Below are positions 16,649 to 26,949 of a stretch of 64,000 nt of DNA, one piece after another; within the stretch, counting starts at the first letter, position 1; each line of letters opens with the position of its first letter. The notes below the pieces were generated by a model that searched no databases, had not been told where the DNA came from, and worked only from the letters and a program-made list of their open reading frames with translations. Position numbers and translations under genes: made by a program. This DNA is from Terriglobia bacterium (lineage in GTDB: Bacteria > Acidobacteriota > Terriglobia > 20CM-2-55-15). The DNA is taken from positions 64,001 to 128,000 of the forward strand of contig CBDAOY010000003.1 of the NCBI GenBank assembly GCA_965198225.1, read 5' to 3'.

Positions 16649-16939
16649 ATGGATAACAGGAAGAAAATCGAGGTCCGGTGTTCGTGTTGCGATGCAACAC
16701 TGACGGTCGATGCCGCGAGCGGGGAAGTCCTGTTTACGAAGGAGCCGGAGAAGAAAGGCCTTTCATTCGACGACGCGCTTGCGAAGGTCAAGGCTCACGA
16801 GGCCACCGCGTCGGCTCGCTTCGATGAGGCGTTCCAGAAAGAGAAGGGCCGGAAGGATCTGATCGACGCTAAATTCCAGGAAGCGATGGAGCGCGCCGAC
16901 GAACTGGAAATGCCCGTCCGGGATATTGATTTAGACTGA
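16649..16939 (+). CDS. Small conserved protein with N-terminal Cys motif (CSCC) and helical C-terminus
   Basis: MDNRKKIEVRCSCCDATLTVD; TATAAT at 16637-16642 lies 6 nt before the ATG, suggesting a leaderless transcript. Confidence 0.75.
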   Translation: MDNRKKIEVRCSCCDATLTVDAASGEVLFTKEPEKKGLSFDDALAKVKAHEATASARFDEAFQKEKGRKDLIDAKFQEAMERADELEMPVRDIDLD

Positions 16940-16959
16940 AGACTGCTTGCTCAAACGAG

Positions 16960-16991
16960 AAAAAGGGCGGCCAATAAGGCCGCCCTTTTTT
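16960..16991. terminator. Bidirectional intrinsic terminator
   Basis: AAAAAGGGCGGCC-AATAA-GGCCGCCCTTTTTT between convergent genes. Confidence 0.9.
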
Positions 16992-17005
16992 GTTCGCTTT
17001 CTTCT

Positions 17006-17070
17006 GTAGGTGCGGTCTATGACCGCACGGTCTTCGCGCCGAGACAAGGTGCGCTCATAGAGCACCTGCA
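17006..17070. repeat. GTAG-type REP doublet
   Basis: GTAGGTGCGGTCTATGACCGCAC ... GGTGCGCTCATAGAGCACCTGC. Confidence 0.8.
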
Positions 17071-17082
17071 CCTGCCTGACGT

Positions 17083-19284
17083 CTATCTCCTCCCTCTCGG
17101 CCCCCGGCCCCGGTCTCCACGGGGGGGGCCGCCGCGCCCACGTCCACCCCGGTCACGGCCTCCTCCTCCTCCGCTGGGGATCTCAGCCGGCTCACCACGC
17201 TGCTCGCGCAGCAACGCGCGTCGGGAGAGCTTGACCTTGTTTCCTTCAACGGCGATGACCTTGACCTGAAGCTGGTCGCCTTCCTTCAGCTCATCGTGGA
17301 TGTCGCGGATGCGATGCTCGGCCACCTCCGAGATATGCAGCAGTCCGTCCGTGCCCGGGAAGATCTCGACGAAGGCGCCGAAATCGACCAGGCGGACGAC
17401 CTTGCCGAGGTATGTCTTGCCGATCTCCGCTTCGGCTGTCAGGTCCTTGATGATCTGGATCGCCTGTTCCGCCGACTGGCCATCGCTGGAAGCGATGTTG
17501 ACACGACCGTCGTCGTTGACGTCGATCTTGACCCCGGTTCGTTCGACGATCGAACGAATCATTTTGCCGCCCGGTCCGATCACGTCGCGGATTTTGTCGA
17601 CTGGGATCTGGATCGTGTGGATCCTGGGAGCGTGGGGCGAGATATCATCCTTGATGGCTGGAATCGCTTCCTGCATCTTGTCGAGGATGTGCATCCGGCC
17701 GGCCTTGGCTTGTTCCATGGCTTTGGACATGATCTCGAACGTCACGTTCGTGATCTTGATGTCCATCTGGAGCGCCGTGATACCCTCGCGCGTGCCGGCG
17801 ACCTTGAAGTCCATATCACCGTAGTGGTCCTCGGCGCCTGCGATGTCGCTCAGGACGGCATACTTGCCGCCTTCCGACACCAGGCCCATCGCGACACCGG
17901 CAACCGGCCGCTTGATCGGCACACCGGCTTCCATCAAGGCGAGGGCGGCACCGCAGACCGTCGCCATCGACGACGAACCGTTCGACTCCAGGATGTCGGA
18001 GACAACCCGGACGGTGTAAGGAAAGTCGTCCTCGGAGGGCATCATCGGCAGCAAGGCCCGTTCGGCCAGCGTGCCGTGTCCCACCTCGCGTCGGCTGGTT
18101 CCCATCAGCCGACGAACTTCGCCGACTGAAAACGGCGGGAAGTTATAGTGCAACAGGAAACGCTTGAACGATTCTCCCTCTAGACGGTCCATCCTTTGCG
18201 CGTCGTCGGCCGTACCCAGCGTCGCTGTCACAAGCGCCTGGGTTTCCCCGCGGGTAAAGATCACCGATCCATGCGTGCGGGGCAGGAGGTTTCCTTCGAT
18301 CCAGATCGGACGGATTTCGTCCGTCGCGCGCCGGTCCGGACGGATGCTATCGTAAAGGATCTGGTCCCTGAAGATTTTCTCCTTCAGCTGGCTGAAAGCG
18401 CGCCCGGCGAGCTTGAGCGTTTCCTCTTCGGCTTCCTCGAAGCTCGCGAGAACCTTGGCCTTGGCGTTGTCGACTTTGGCGTAGCTGGTCAGCTTGTCGT
18501 ACTTTTGTGTGTTGAGCGCGTCTTCGAGCTCCTCTCGGATCAGACTTTCAACCTTCTTGTCGATTTCAGCATCCTCAGCCGGTCCCTCAGGCTGCGTCTT
18601 CTCTGGCTGGATGATGTCGTAGAGCTGCTGCTCGAGTCCGATGATCTGCTTCACGAGGTCGTGACCGAAGGCGATGGCCTCGATCATGACTTCCTCCGAA
18701 ACCTCCTCGGCCCCCGCCTCGACCATCGTGACCCCTTCGGCTGTACCGGCAACCACCAGGTTCAACCGGCTCTCTTCCATCTCCGTGTACGAGGGGTTGA
18801 CGATGTAGCTGCCGTCGACCAGGCCGACGCGAACCGCCGCGATCGGCTGAGTGAAGGGAAGGGTCGACAGATAGAGTGCCGTCGAAGCGCCGATGATGCT
18901 GAGCGTCGACGGATCGGTGTCCGGGTCGGCCGACAACACGAGCGCGATAATCTGAGTTTCGTTCCGGTAACCATCGGGGAACAACGGGCGGATCGGCCGG
19001 TCGATCATGCGGCTGTTGAGCACCTCACGGTCCGACGGTTTGCCCTCGCGCTTGAAAAAACCGCCCGGGATCTTGCCGGCGGCGTAAAAATTCTCTCTGT
19101 GGTCGCATGTGAGCGGGAAAAAATTCAGACCCTCGCGGGGCTCTTTCGCTCCGCATGCAGAGACAAGAACGACCGTTTCGCCGTACGTTATGTAGGCGGC
19201 ACCGTCGGCCTGCGTGGCCAGCTTTCCCACTTCGATCGACAGTTCGCGACCGCCGATCTCCATGCTGACTTTGTGAACATTCAT
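17083..19284 (-). CDS. pnp: Polyribonucleotide nucleotidyltransferase
   Basis: FFPLT, IPGGFFKREG, ESNGSSSMA and GDMDFKVAGT motifs; KH and S1 domains. Confidence 0.99.
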   Translation of the reverse strand: MNVHKVSMEIGGRELSIEVGKLATQADGAAYITYGETVVLVSACGAKEPREGLNFFPLTCDHRENFYAAGKIPGGFFKREGKPSDREVLNSRMIDRPIRPLFPDGYRNETQIIALVLSADPDTDPSTLSIIGASTALYLSTLPFTQPIAAVRVGLVDGSYIVNPSYTEMEESRLNLVVAGTAEGVTMVEAGAEEVSEEVMIEAIAFGHDLVKQIIGLEQQLYDIIQPEKTQPEGPAEDAEIDKKVESLIREELEDALNTQKYDKLTSYAKVDNAKAKVLASFEEAEEETLKLAGRAFSQLKEKIFRDQILYDSIRPDRRATDEIRPIWIEGNLLPRTHGSVIFTRGETQALVTATLGTADDAQRMDRLEGESFKRFLLHYNFPPFSVGEVRRLMGTSRREVGHGTLAERALLPMMPSEDDFPYTVRVVSDILESNGSSSMATVCGAALALMEAGVPIKRPVAGVAMGLVSEGGKYAVLSDIAGAEDHYGDMDFKVAGTREGITALQMDIKITNVTFEIMSKAMEQAKAGRMHILDKMQEAIPAIKDDISPHAPRIHTIQIPVDKIRDVIGPGGKMIRSIVERTGVKIDVNDDGRVNIASSDGQSAEQAIQIIKDLTAEAEIGKTYLGKVVRLVDFGAFVEIFPGTDGLLHISEVAEHRIRDIHDELKEGDQLQVKVIAVEGNKVKLSRRALLREQRGEPAEIPSGGGGGRDRGGRGRGGPPRGDRGRGPRGRR

Positions 19285-19450
19285 GATTGTTTGAACTTCC
19301 TTTCGTCGGCGTCCGACGAGGCTTGCGATAAGCGAAACGAACAGTCGCTTCGACTACGGGTCGTTACACGACCCCCAAAATGATAATTGGAGTGGTACAT
19401 CCCACGGGTTGGATTCTTAATCCGGAGCTTGGAGACGGGATCCGGTGTGC

Positions 19451-19720
19451 TTACTTACGCAGGCCCAGCTTCGAGATCACTTCACGATAGCGACCGACTT
19501 CGGCTCGCTTCAGGTACTCGAGTAGACGCCGACGTCTTCCGACTAGTTTCAGCAGTCCTCGCCGCGACCCATGATCCTTCTTGTGTGTCTTGAAATGCTC
19601 AGTAAGGTAAGAGATTCGTTCACTGAGTATTGCGATCTGGACTTCCGGAGACCCCGTATCCGAAGGATGGATTCTGAACTGATCGATAATTGAGCCTTTT
19701 GATTCCCTCGTCAGAGCCAT
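19451..19720 (-). CDS. rpsO: 30S ribosomal protein S15
   Basis: [12 protein letters not shown] and [16 protein letters not shown]. Confidence 0.99.
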   Translation of the reverse strand: MALTRESKGSIIDQFRIHPSDTGSPEVQIAILSERISYLTEHFKTHKKDHGSRRGLLKLVGRRRRLLEYLKRAEVGRYREVISKLGLRK

Positions 19721-19753
19721 TCTCTACTTTTTTCTTCCTCCGTATAGTAGCGT

Positions 19754-20596
19754 TCAGAGTAGCACAACTTTGGGGTGCGCCCAACCATTTTCCATGGTCG
19801 CGACAGCGATAAGTTCGAGTTTTTTGTTAAAGATGCGGACAGTCGACCCTACTTCGGTACACTCTACTGGACGTCCGTGACGGACGTCGTCTTCTCCCGC
19901 CCCATCGACCTGGAAGCGGCCCAAATCGGTCAGCAGTTCCTCCGGCGGAATCACGTCCGCGGCCGAGACCTGATCGAGAGCCACGGCGCGATCGAGGCCG
20001 AAAGGTCCGGACCGGGTTCGTCGCAGAGAATCCAGGTGAGCCCCTGTACCGATCTGTTCCCCCAGATCCCGTGCCAGGCTCCGCACGTATGTGCCGCCGG
20101 AGCAGCGGATCCGGAATTCGACACACGGTAGATCGAGCGCTACCAGATCGAAAGCCTCCACCTCGACCGAAACGGGAGGGAGGTCGAGGGCGATGCCTCG
20201 GCGCGCCAACCGGTAAGCCGTTACGCCGGATACCTTCTTGGCGGAATAGGCCGGAGGGATCTGTTCGAGCCGACCGGTCATGCCATCCATCGCGTTGACG
20301 ATGTCTTCTCGATCGAGATCGACCGGCTGCGGAGAGGCCAGGGCTTCACCTTCTCGATCGCAGGTCGTCGTAGCCCATCCGAATCGGATCCGACCCGTGT
20401 ATTCCTTGGGAGAAGCGGGTATGAATCGCGCCAATCGAGTCGCTTTCCCGATGCTGAGGGGAAGAACGCCCGTAGCCATCGGATCCAGTGTTCCCAGGTG
20501 TCCGACTTTCTTGATCCCGAGCTGCCGGCGGACGTGGGCGACGACGTCGTGCGACGTCATGCCGCCGGGCTTGTCGACGATGAGAACGCCGTTCAA
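19754..20596 (-). CDS. truB: tRNA pseudouridine(55) synthase
   Basis: DKPGGMTSHDVV, GHLGTLDPMATGVL and CSGGTYVRSL. Confidence 0.98.
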   Translation of the reverse strand: MNGVLIVDKPGGMTSHDVVAHVRRQLGIKKVGHLGTLDPMATGVLPLSIGKATRLARFIPASPKEYTGRIRFGWATTTCDREGEALASPQPVDLDREDIVNAMDGMTGRLEQIPPAYSAKKVSGVTAYRLARRGIALDLPPVSVEVEAFDLVALDLPCVEFRIRCSGGTYVRSLARDLGEQIGTGAHLDSLRRTRSGPFGLDRAVALDQVSAADVIPPEELLTDLGRFQVDGAGEDDVRHGRPVECTEVGSTVRIFNKKLELIAVATMENGWAHPKVVLL

Positions 20597-20614
20597 ATCG
20601 TGGTACCGGATCGA

Positions 20615-21610
20615 TCAGGCAGTCTGGGAGGGCGAAGAGATCGACGAATCTCTTGGAGAGTTGTGGTTCAGCTGGGCCCGGACCATCGAAACAACCTGTT
20701 CCTGAACGTCTTCCAGCGGGCCGACCATTCGACATCCTGCGGCCTTGCGGTGTCCACCGCCACCGAACCCGGCGGCTATTCGCGAGACGTCCAATTCGCT
20801 TTTCGATCGCAGGCTGACCCGGAAAGACCCGTCGTCCAACTCGCGGAATAACACAGCGACGTCGACGCCGACGATCGTGAGCGGGTAGTTCACGAGGCCC
20901 TCGACATCTTCGTCCATGCACCCGTGCCGGATCATATCGTCCCTCGTCAGTGCCGTCCATACGATGCGGCCACTCTCGTCGAGTTGCATCGCGTTCAGGA
21001 TCACGCCCATCGAACGTACTTTTTCGAGCGTGTTGGAGTAGAAGATCCTCATCGCCAGGCCGGCGACATCGGCACCGTGCTCGGCCAGTTCGGCAGCTAG
21101 TCGAAAAGTGGCCGCCGTCGTCGTGTCGAACTGGAACGAGCCCGTATCGGTCAGGACGGCGACGTAGACGTTCGTAGCGATTTCCGGCGTGATGTCCACG
21201 CCCAGGGCCTTCGAGAGACGAAAGATCATCTCGCCGACCGCACAGGCCGAGGACTCGATCCAGTTCACCGCACCGAAGGGCTCTGTCGAATGATGGTGGT
21301 CGATGTTGACCACGAACTGATCGTGCAGCCCTCCGATACCCGGCCGCTCCAGCGTTCCGCACTCCAGGACGAAAGCGGCGCCGAAGGGTCGGTCGAGCCG
21401 GTCGGCGACCTGGACCTGGTCTGAGGCGGGCAGCGCCTCGTAGCGCGAGGGCACCGGATCGTGGCTGATGATCGTGACCTTCTTGCCCAGCGCCCGCAGC
21501 GAGAGGGCCAGCGCGAGCTGGGATCCGAGCGAATCGCCATCGGGTCGCACGTGCGACGCGATCACGAAGTCGTCGCGAGTCTGGATGACTTCGATTACTT
21601 TCTTGATCAT
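20615..21610 (-). CDS. nrnA: DHH/DHHA1 oligoribonuclease / pAp phosphatase
   Basis: HVRPDGDSLGS, IDHH, DTGSF and GGGGH; canonical position after rbfA. Confidence 0.93.
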   Translation of the reverse strand: MIKKVIEVIQTRDDFVIASHVRPDGDSLGSQLALALSLRALGKKVTIISHDPVPSRYEALPASDQVQVADRLDRPFGAAFVLECGTLERPGIGGLHDQFVVNIDHHHSTEPFGAVNWIESSACAVGEMIFRLSKALGVDITPEIATNVYVAVLTDTGSFQFDTTTAATFRLAAELAEHGADVAGLAMRIFYSNTLEKVRSMGVILNAMQLDESGRIVWTALTRDDMIRHGCMDEDVEGLVNYPLTIVGVDVAVLFRELDDGSFRVSLRSKSELDVSRIAAGFGGGGHRKAAGCRMVGPLEDVQEQVVSMVRAQLNHNSPRDSSISSPSQTA

Positions 21611-21963
21611 TGTTGCGACGAATGAATCTCTTCTATCAGCTCTTCGACGCGGCTGCCTTTTTCGACAGAGGAGTCGTAGCCGAACGTCAACTCCGGCGTC
21701 CTTCGCAGGTGTGGCAAGCGCTGGCTGAGCTGGCTTCGAAGGAAGCCGCGCGCCGATTCCAACCCCGCCAGTGTATCCGCGCGCCCTTTCGCGTCACCGA
21801 GCGTGCTCACGTATACGCGCGCGTGTCGCATATCTGCCGATAGTCGGACCTCGGTTACCGTGACCGTCCCGATTCGAGGGTCTGCGAGAGCGCTCTCGAC
21901 GAGCGCGGCTATCTCTGTGCGAAGCTGCTGCGACAACCTGTTGATGCGCCTCTTCTCGATCAT
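21607..21963 (-). CDS. rbfA: Ribosome-binding factor A
   Basis: DPRIGTVTVTEVRLSADM and RRTPELTFGYD. Confidence 0.97.
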   Translation of the reverse strand: MIEKRRINRLSQQLRTEIAALVESALADPRIGTVTVTEVRLSADMRHARVYVSTLGDAKGRADTLAGLESARGFLRSQLSQRLPHLRRTPELTFGYDSSVEKGSRVEELIEEIHSSQQ

Positions 21964-22244
21964 CACAAGAACTCGATGTTTCCGTTGACCGTGCAATCGG
22001 GCAGCGCTCGCTCGACCTCCTGCAGTGCCAGGTTCAATTGCTGTTCCAGGTAACCATGGTCCGGTCCTATCGAAACGATGCCGACTTCTGCACGTTGCCA
22101 GAGCTCCTGGTGGTTCACTTCCGACACGGCCACGTTGAATCTTCCCCTCAGACGATCCTTGAGCCTGCGGACGGCCATCCGCTTGTCCTTGAGCGAATGC
22201 GCGTACGGAATATGCAAGTCGAGTTGGAGCAGCCCGATGTGCAT
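21963..22244 (-). CDS. DUF503 (YlxP-like) protein
   Basis: HSLKDKR and RFNVAVSEV; lies between infB and rbfA. Confidence 0.93.
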   Translation of the reverse strand: MHIGLLQLDLHIPYAHSLKDKRMAVRRLKDRLRGRFNVAVSEVNHQELWQRAEVGIVSIGPDHGYLEQQLNLALQEVERALPDCTVNGNIEFL

Positions 22245-22245
22245 T

Positions 22246-22504
22246 GTCAGTAGTCAGTAATCAGTAGTCAGGAGTCAGTTGCGCGTAGCCAACTGATAAC
22301 TCGTAACTGATGCGTGGCAACTAGCGGTTGCGGCCCTGCCCGGCCCAAAGTCGAGCTGGCCTAGCTTGACTTCACACCGGGTGTTCCGACACCGCAAGCC
22401 CCGGGTCGCAGGGAACGCGCCGTCGCGTGTCCCACCTTCAAAGAGCCCCCGCGAACACGGATTCGACCGTCGAGTTACCAGTTGACTGACAACTGACAAC
22501 TAGC
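22246..22504. repeat. Heptamer (GTCAGTA / TGACAAC) repeat arms around a GC-rich structured spacer
   Basis: GTCAGTA GTCAGTA ATCAGTA GTCAGGA GTCAGTT at 22246; AACTGAT repeats at 22291; TGACAAC repeats near 22487. Confidence 0.7.
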
Positions 22505-22514
22505 CGCGAAGCGG

Positions 22515-25106
22515 CTACACCCCGATATCTGCCGTGACTTTTTCGGTGACGAAGGCTTCGATGAGGTCGCCGACTTTGACGTCGTTGTAGTTCTGGAGGC
22601 CGATGCCGCACTCGTAGCCCGTTTTCACCTCGGTCGTGTCTTCCTTGAACCGCTTCAACGAAGAGATCTTGCCTTCGTAGATCACGACGTTGTTACGCAG
22701 CAGTCGAACGTCGGCATTCCGCAGCACACGTCCGTCGGTGATATAGCACCCGGCAATCACGCCGACTTTGGGAATCTTGAAGGTATCGCGAACCTCGGCG
22801 GTGCCGAGATAGGTTTCCTTCGTGACCGGTTCCAGGACACCCACCATCGCGCTCTTGATCTCGTCCACGACGTTATAGATCACGGTATGCAGCCGGATAT
22901 CCACCTTCTCGCGGTCGGCCAGTTCCGCGGCTTTTCTCTCCGGGCGGACGTTGAAGCCGATGATGATGGCGTTCGAAGTTGCCGCCAGAAGGACGTCGTA
23001 CTCCGTGATCCCGCCGACCATGGAGTGGATGATGCGAACCTTGACCTTTTCCGTACTCGTCTTGTTGAGCATGTCGGTCAGCACCTCGACCGAACCCTGG
23101 ACGTCGGCCTTGAGGATGATCGGCACTTCCTTGATGTCACCCTTCGCCAACTGAAGATGGAGTTGGTCGAGCGTGAGCCGAGCGCTCTTGGCCATCGCGA
23201 TTTCCCGCGCCTTTTCCTGCCGGAACCCGGCGATCTGCCGGGCCTTGTTGTCGTCGGCAATCATCTGGAACGGATCGCCGGCTTGAGGCAGTCCCTGGAG
23301 GCCGAGGACCTCGACCGGAACTGACGGCCCGGCTTCCTTGACCTGTTCACCGTGCTCGTCATACATCGCTCGGACCTTGCCGTACACGGCTCCGACGATG
23401 AAGTTGTCGCCGACCCGCAGCGTGCCGTTCTGGATGAGAACGGTCGCGACATTGCCCCGTCCTCTGTCGAGCTTTGCTTCGAGCACCGTACCCATCGCCG
23501 GGAAATCCGGGTCCCCCTTGAGCTGCCGCATGTCCGAGACCAGCAGGATCATCTCCTGCAATCCGTCGAGGTTCGTCTTTTGTTTGGCCGAAACCTCCAC
23601 GGTCACGACGTCACCACCCCAGTCTTCCGCCAGCAGGTTCTGTTCGGCCAACTCACGCTTGACCCGATCCACGTCGGCGTTTGGAACATCGATCTTGTTG
23701 ATCGCGACGAGGATGGGAACGTTGGCAGCCCGTGTGTGCGCAATCGACTCGATCGTCTGCGGCATCACCCCGTCATCGGCCGCGACGACGAGGATCACGA
23801 CATCGGTCACCGAAGCGCCCCGAGCACGCATCAACGTAAAAGCCTCGTGACCCGGAGTATCCAGGAACGTGATCTTTCGGTTTCCTGTCTGAACCTGGTA
23901 CGCCCCGATGTGCTGCGTGATCCCGCCGTGCTCCTGTTCGGTGACGCTCGTCTCGCGGATCGCGTCCAGCAGCGACGTCTTGCCGTGGTCGACGTGCCCC
24001 ATGATCGTCACGACCGGAGACCGTTCCACCATCTTCTCGGGTTCGGCGACTTCAACGGCTTCGAGCAGCACGCTCTCCTCGAAGGTTACGAATTCGGCTT
24101 CTGCGTTGAAGTCCTTACAGAGCTGCTCGGCCAGTTCTCTGTCAAGGGCGTGATTGATATTCGCAAAGACCCCGCGGTCCATCAGTTTCTTGATAACGTC
24201 CTTGGTTCGCGCGTCGAGCGTTTCGGCAAGTTCCTTGACCGTCAGATTTTCCGTCAGGGTCACGTGCATGAACTCGCGCGGGGCTTCGGGCTTCGGCTGC
24301 GGCCGGGGCATCGGTCGCCGGTTCATCTGCCGTTCGACCCTCGATGCACGGGTCGGTCTCGGTCGGTCCCTGCGTGGCGGTGCCGGACCGCGACCCCACG
24401 GCCGGCCTCCCGGCGGCGGCGCCTGCGGAGGGCGTCCCGTTCGAGACGGTGGCGCGCCGGTTCGAGGGTGGCCCGGACGGACAGGTCGGCGACCCCGTGT
24501 CGGGACCGGTCGATTCTGCTGACGTAGCCGCTCCTGGGCGAGCTGCTGCATTGTTTTCTTTGGAGGTGGAGCCGGTGGGGCAGCCGCCGGCTTCTTTTCC
24601 GCGGGTGGCGCTTGCGCCGCCGCGGGCGGGGTAGATGCTGCAGGCGCCTGGGCAGGCTGTGGTGCTTCCGTCGCGGGTGGCGGGCTCGCGGCGACCTTCT
24701 GCGGCGCTACGGGTGCCGCCGCTGCTTTGGGTGGCGCTTCCGGACTCGGCTTGACGACCCTGGCTGCCGGAGCCTCGACGGGCGCAGCGACCTCGACCGG
24801 CTTCGGCTTTGCCTTGACCACGTGCGGCTTGTCGGCCGGAATCTCCTCGATCTTTTCTTCGGCTGCTTCTTCCTCGGCAGCCTTTGTTTTCTTGGCGGCC
24901 GTCGTCTTTTTCGCAGCCTTGCGTTTGGGTTTCGGCTTTTCGATGACGAGCACGCCAAGAATGTGGCGCAGCTGTTCGGCCATCCGGTCCTCGACCGTAT
25001 TCGAGTGCGAGGTCACCGGGGCACCCAAGTGTTGAAGTTCTCGAATCACTTCGCTATTGTCGCGGTTGAGTTCCCGCGCCAGCTGGTAGACTCGAAGCTT
25101 TCCCAT
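22515..25106 (-). CDS. infB: Translation initiation factor IF-2
   Basis: GHVDHGKTSLLD, DTPGHEAF and NKID motifs. Confidence 0.99.
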   Translation of the reverse strand: MGKLRVYQLARELNRDNSEVIRELQHLGAPVTSHSNTVEDRMAEQLRHILGVLVIEKPKPKRKAAKKTTAAKKTKAAEEEAAEEKIEEIPADKPHVVKAKPKPVEVAAPVEAPAARVVKPSPEAPPKAAAAPVAPQKVAASPPPATEAPQPAQAPAASTPPAAAQAPPAEKKPAAAPPAPPPKKTMQQLAQERLRQQNRPVPTRGRRPVRPGHPRTGAPPSRTGRPPQAPPPGGRPWGRGPAPPRRDRPRPTRASRVERQMNRRPMPRPQPKPEAPREFMHVTLTENLTVKELAETLDARTKDVIKKLMDRGVFANINHALDRELAEQLCKDFNAEAEFVTFEESVLLEAVEVAEPEKMVERSPVVTIMGHVDHGKTSLLDAIRETSVTEQEHGGITQHIGAYQVQTGNRKITFLDTPGHEAFTLMRARGASVTDVVILVVAADDGVMPQTIESIAHTRAANVPILVAINKIDVPNADVDRVKRELAEQNLLAEDWGGDVVTVEVSAKQKTNLDGLQEMILLVSDMRQLKGDPDFPAMGTVLEAKLDRGRGNVATVLIQNGTLRVGDNFIVGAVYGKVRAMYDEHGEQVKEAGPSVPVEVLGLQGLPQAGDPFQMIADDNKARQIAGFRQEKAREIAMAKSARLTLDQLHLQLAKGDIKEVPIILKADVQGSVEVLTDMLNKTSTEKVKVRIIHSMVGGITEYDVLLAATSNAIIIGFNVRPERKAAELADREKVDIRLHTVIYNVVDEIKSAMVGVLEPVTKETYLGTAEVRDTFKIPKVGVIAGCYITDGRVLRNADVRLLRNNVVIYEGKISSLKRFKEDTTEVKTGYECGIGLQNYNDVKVGDLIEAFVTEKVTADIGV

Positions 25107-25429
25107 CCTCTTAGCTAGACCTCTCCTTCAGGGTAACCACCAAGAATATCACGGCCATCGTCGGCTCGACCCCTGCCAGGCTTCTTCGCCTTCCACCGCT
25201 TCGGCCAGGGCGATTTCGGCGGCAGACTCTTGGTCCGCCGCCGCGGTTTCCGCGCCGGACTCCTGGTCCGCCACCCGCGGCAGACTCTTCGTCCGCCGCC
25301 GCGGCTTCGACGGACTCCGGCGCGCTTTCGGCGGATTCCGCCGCGTCTTCAGGCCCCGCCTCCCCACTCGGTTCGCCATCGCCCCCTGGCGCGCCATCGC
25401 CCGCCGGCCCGCCATCGCCCGCCGCCGCG

Positions 25430-26920
25430 TCATCGCCTGCCGGCGCACCATCGCCTGCCGGCGCACCATCGCCTGCCGGCGCACCATGCCGGCGCGTCAT
25501 CGCCTGCCGGCGCGTCATCGCCTGCCGGCGCAGTGTCGTCCGCCTCGTCGGAGGGGTCTCCGAAGAAGTCCTCCGACTTGCTGAACATCCGCTCCTGCGC
25601 TACGCGCTCCATCTCGTCCTGGTAGGAGGACTGGTTGGCGTAGTATTCCGAGAGCGCGTCCCGGATCCTGTCGATTGTCTTCCCCCCGATGCCTGGAACC
25701 GCCTCCAGGTCCTCGGGGGCCAGGTCGGCCAGCTGCTCCACCGTCATGATCTCGGCCGACTGCAGCTTCTTGATCAGGCCCGGGGTCAGATCTTCTATCG
25801 TCTCCAGCGGAGTGGCCGCCTGCATTCGCTCGATCTGTTCCTCGATCTCAGCTCGTTTTTCTTCCTCACTCTTGATGTCGATCCGCCACCCGATCAGCCT
25901 CGAGGCCAGCCGGACGTTCTGTCCCTTCTTGCCGATGGCCAGCGACAGCTGACCTTCCTCGACGATGATCTCCATGACCCGCTCGATCTCTTGTTCGTCT
26001 TCTCGAAGCGTGACGTCGGGTGCGTCCAGCGTCGTCACTCGGCTCACCTTTGCCGGACTGATCGCGTTGGTCGCGAAGCTGACGATGTCGTCCGACCACT
26101 GGATGATATCGATCTTCTCCCCGCGCAACTCCCGGATGATGGACTGAACACGCGATCCCTTCATACCGACACACGCTCCGACCGGGTCCACGTCTCTTTC
26201 ACGTGAGGCTACAGCGATCTTGGTCCGCTCCCCCGCTTCGCGGGCGATACTCCTGATCTGTACGGTTCCGTCGTAGATTTCCGGTACCTCTGTCTGGAAT
26301 AGATGCTGGACGAGTATCGGGTCCCCGCGGGAGACGACGACCTGGGGGCCCTTGGCGGTCTTCTCCACGCGAACGATGACCACACGAATCCGATCGCCCA
26401 TGGCGAAGGCTTCCAGCCGGGACTGTTCGCGCCGCGGAATGCGACCCTCTGTCTTCCCCAGCTCGACGATGACGTCACCGTTCTCGAAACGTTTCACAAC
26501 GGAGTTGACGATTTCACCGACGTGTTCGTGGTATTCGGCATAGACGCTTTCACGCTCTGCCTCGCGCACCTTCTGGAAGATCACCTGCTTCGCCATCTGT
26601 GCCGCGATGCGACCCAGGCCGGCGGTCGGTTTCGGAAACTCGACTTCGTCGTCGACCTGTGCGTCATCCTTGATTGCCCGTGCCTCTTCGAGCGAGATCT
26701 CTATGGAGTCGTCTTCGACCGCCTCCACCACGCTCTTGACGGCAAACACTTCGATCTCACCGGTTTCCGGGTTGATTCTCGAGCGCAGCTCCTCGCTCGA
26801 CTTGAAGTACTTCCGCGAGGCCACAACGATGGCGTCCTCGATCGCGTCGACGACTATCTGCGGATCGATGCCCTTTTCCCGGCTGATCTGGTCGATCATC
26901 TGAAAAAGCTGATTCGACAT
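25430..26920 (-). CDS. nusA: Transcription termination/antitermination factor NusA, with a frameshifted low-complexity tail
   Basis: GRIAAQMAKQVI, REAGERTKIAV, GACVGMKGSR and LSLAIGKKGQNVRLA; 18-bp repeats at the 3' end. Confidence 0.98.
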   Translation of the reverse strand: MSNQLFQMIDQISREKGIDPQIVVDAIEDAIVVASRKYFKSSEELRSRINPETGEIEVFAVKSVVEAVEDDSIEISLEEARAIKDDAQVDDEVEFPKPTAGLGRIAAQMAKQVIFQKVREAERESVYAEYHEHVGEIVNSVVKRFENGDVIVELGKTEGRIPRREQSRLEAFAMGDRIRVVIVRVEKTAKGPQVVVSRGDPILVQHLFQTEVPEIYDGTVQIRSIAREAGERTKIAVASRERDVDPVGACVGMKGSRVQSIIRELRGEKIDIIQWSDDIVSFATNAISPAKVSRVTTLDAPDVTLREDEQEIERVMEIIVEEGQLSLAIGKKGQNVRLASRLIGWRIDIKSEEEKRAEIEEQIERMQAATPLETIEDLTPGLIKKLQSAEIMTVEQLADLAPEDLEAVPGIGGKTIDRIRDALSEYYANQSSYQDEMERVAQERMFSKSEDFFGDPSDEADDTAPAGDDAPAGDDAPAWCAGRRWCAGRRWCAGRR

Positions 26921-26949
26921 CCGTCAATGACTCCTGGCTCGTATGATCG

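Noticed and set aside
17083-17180. Gly/Arg-rich PNPase tail
   Set aside because: A common disordered extension; not unusual.
25111-25518. Separate small genes between nusA and infB (YlxR-like)
   Set aside because: They are out-of-frame pieces of the NusA repeat tail, with no YlxR motif.
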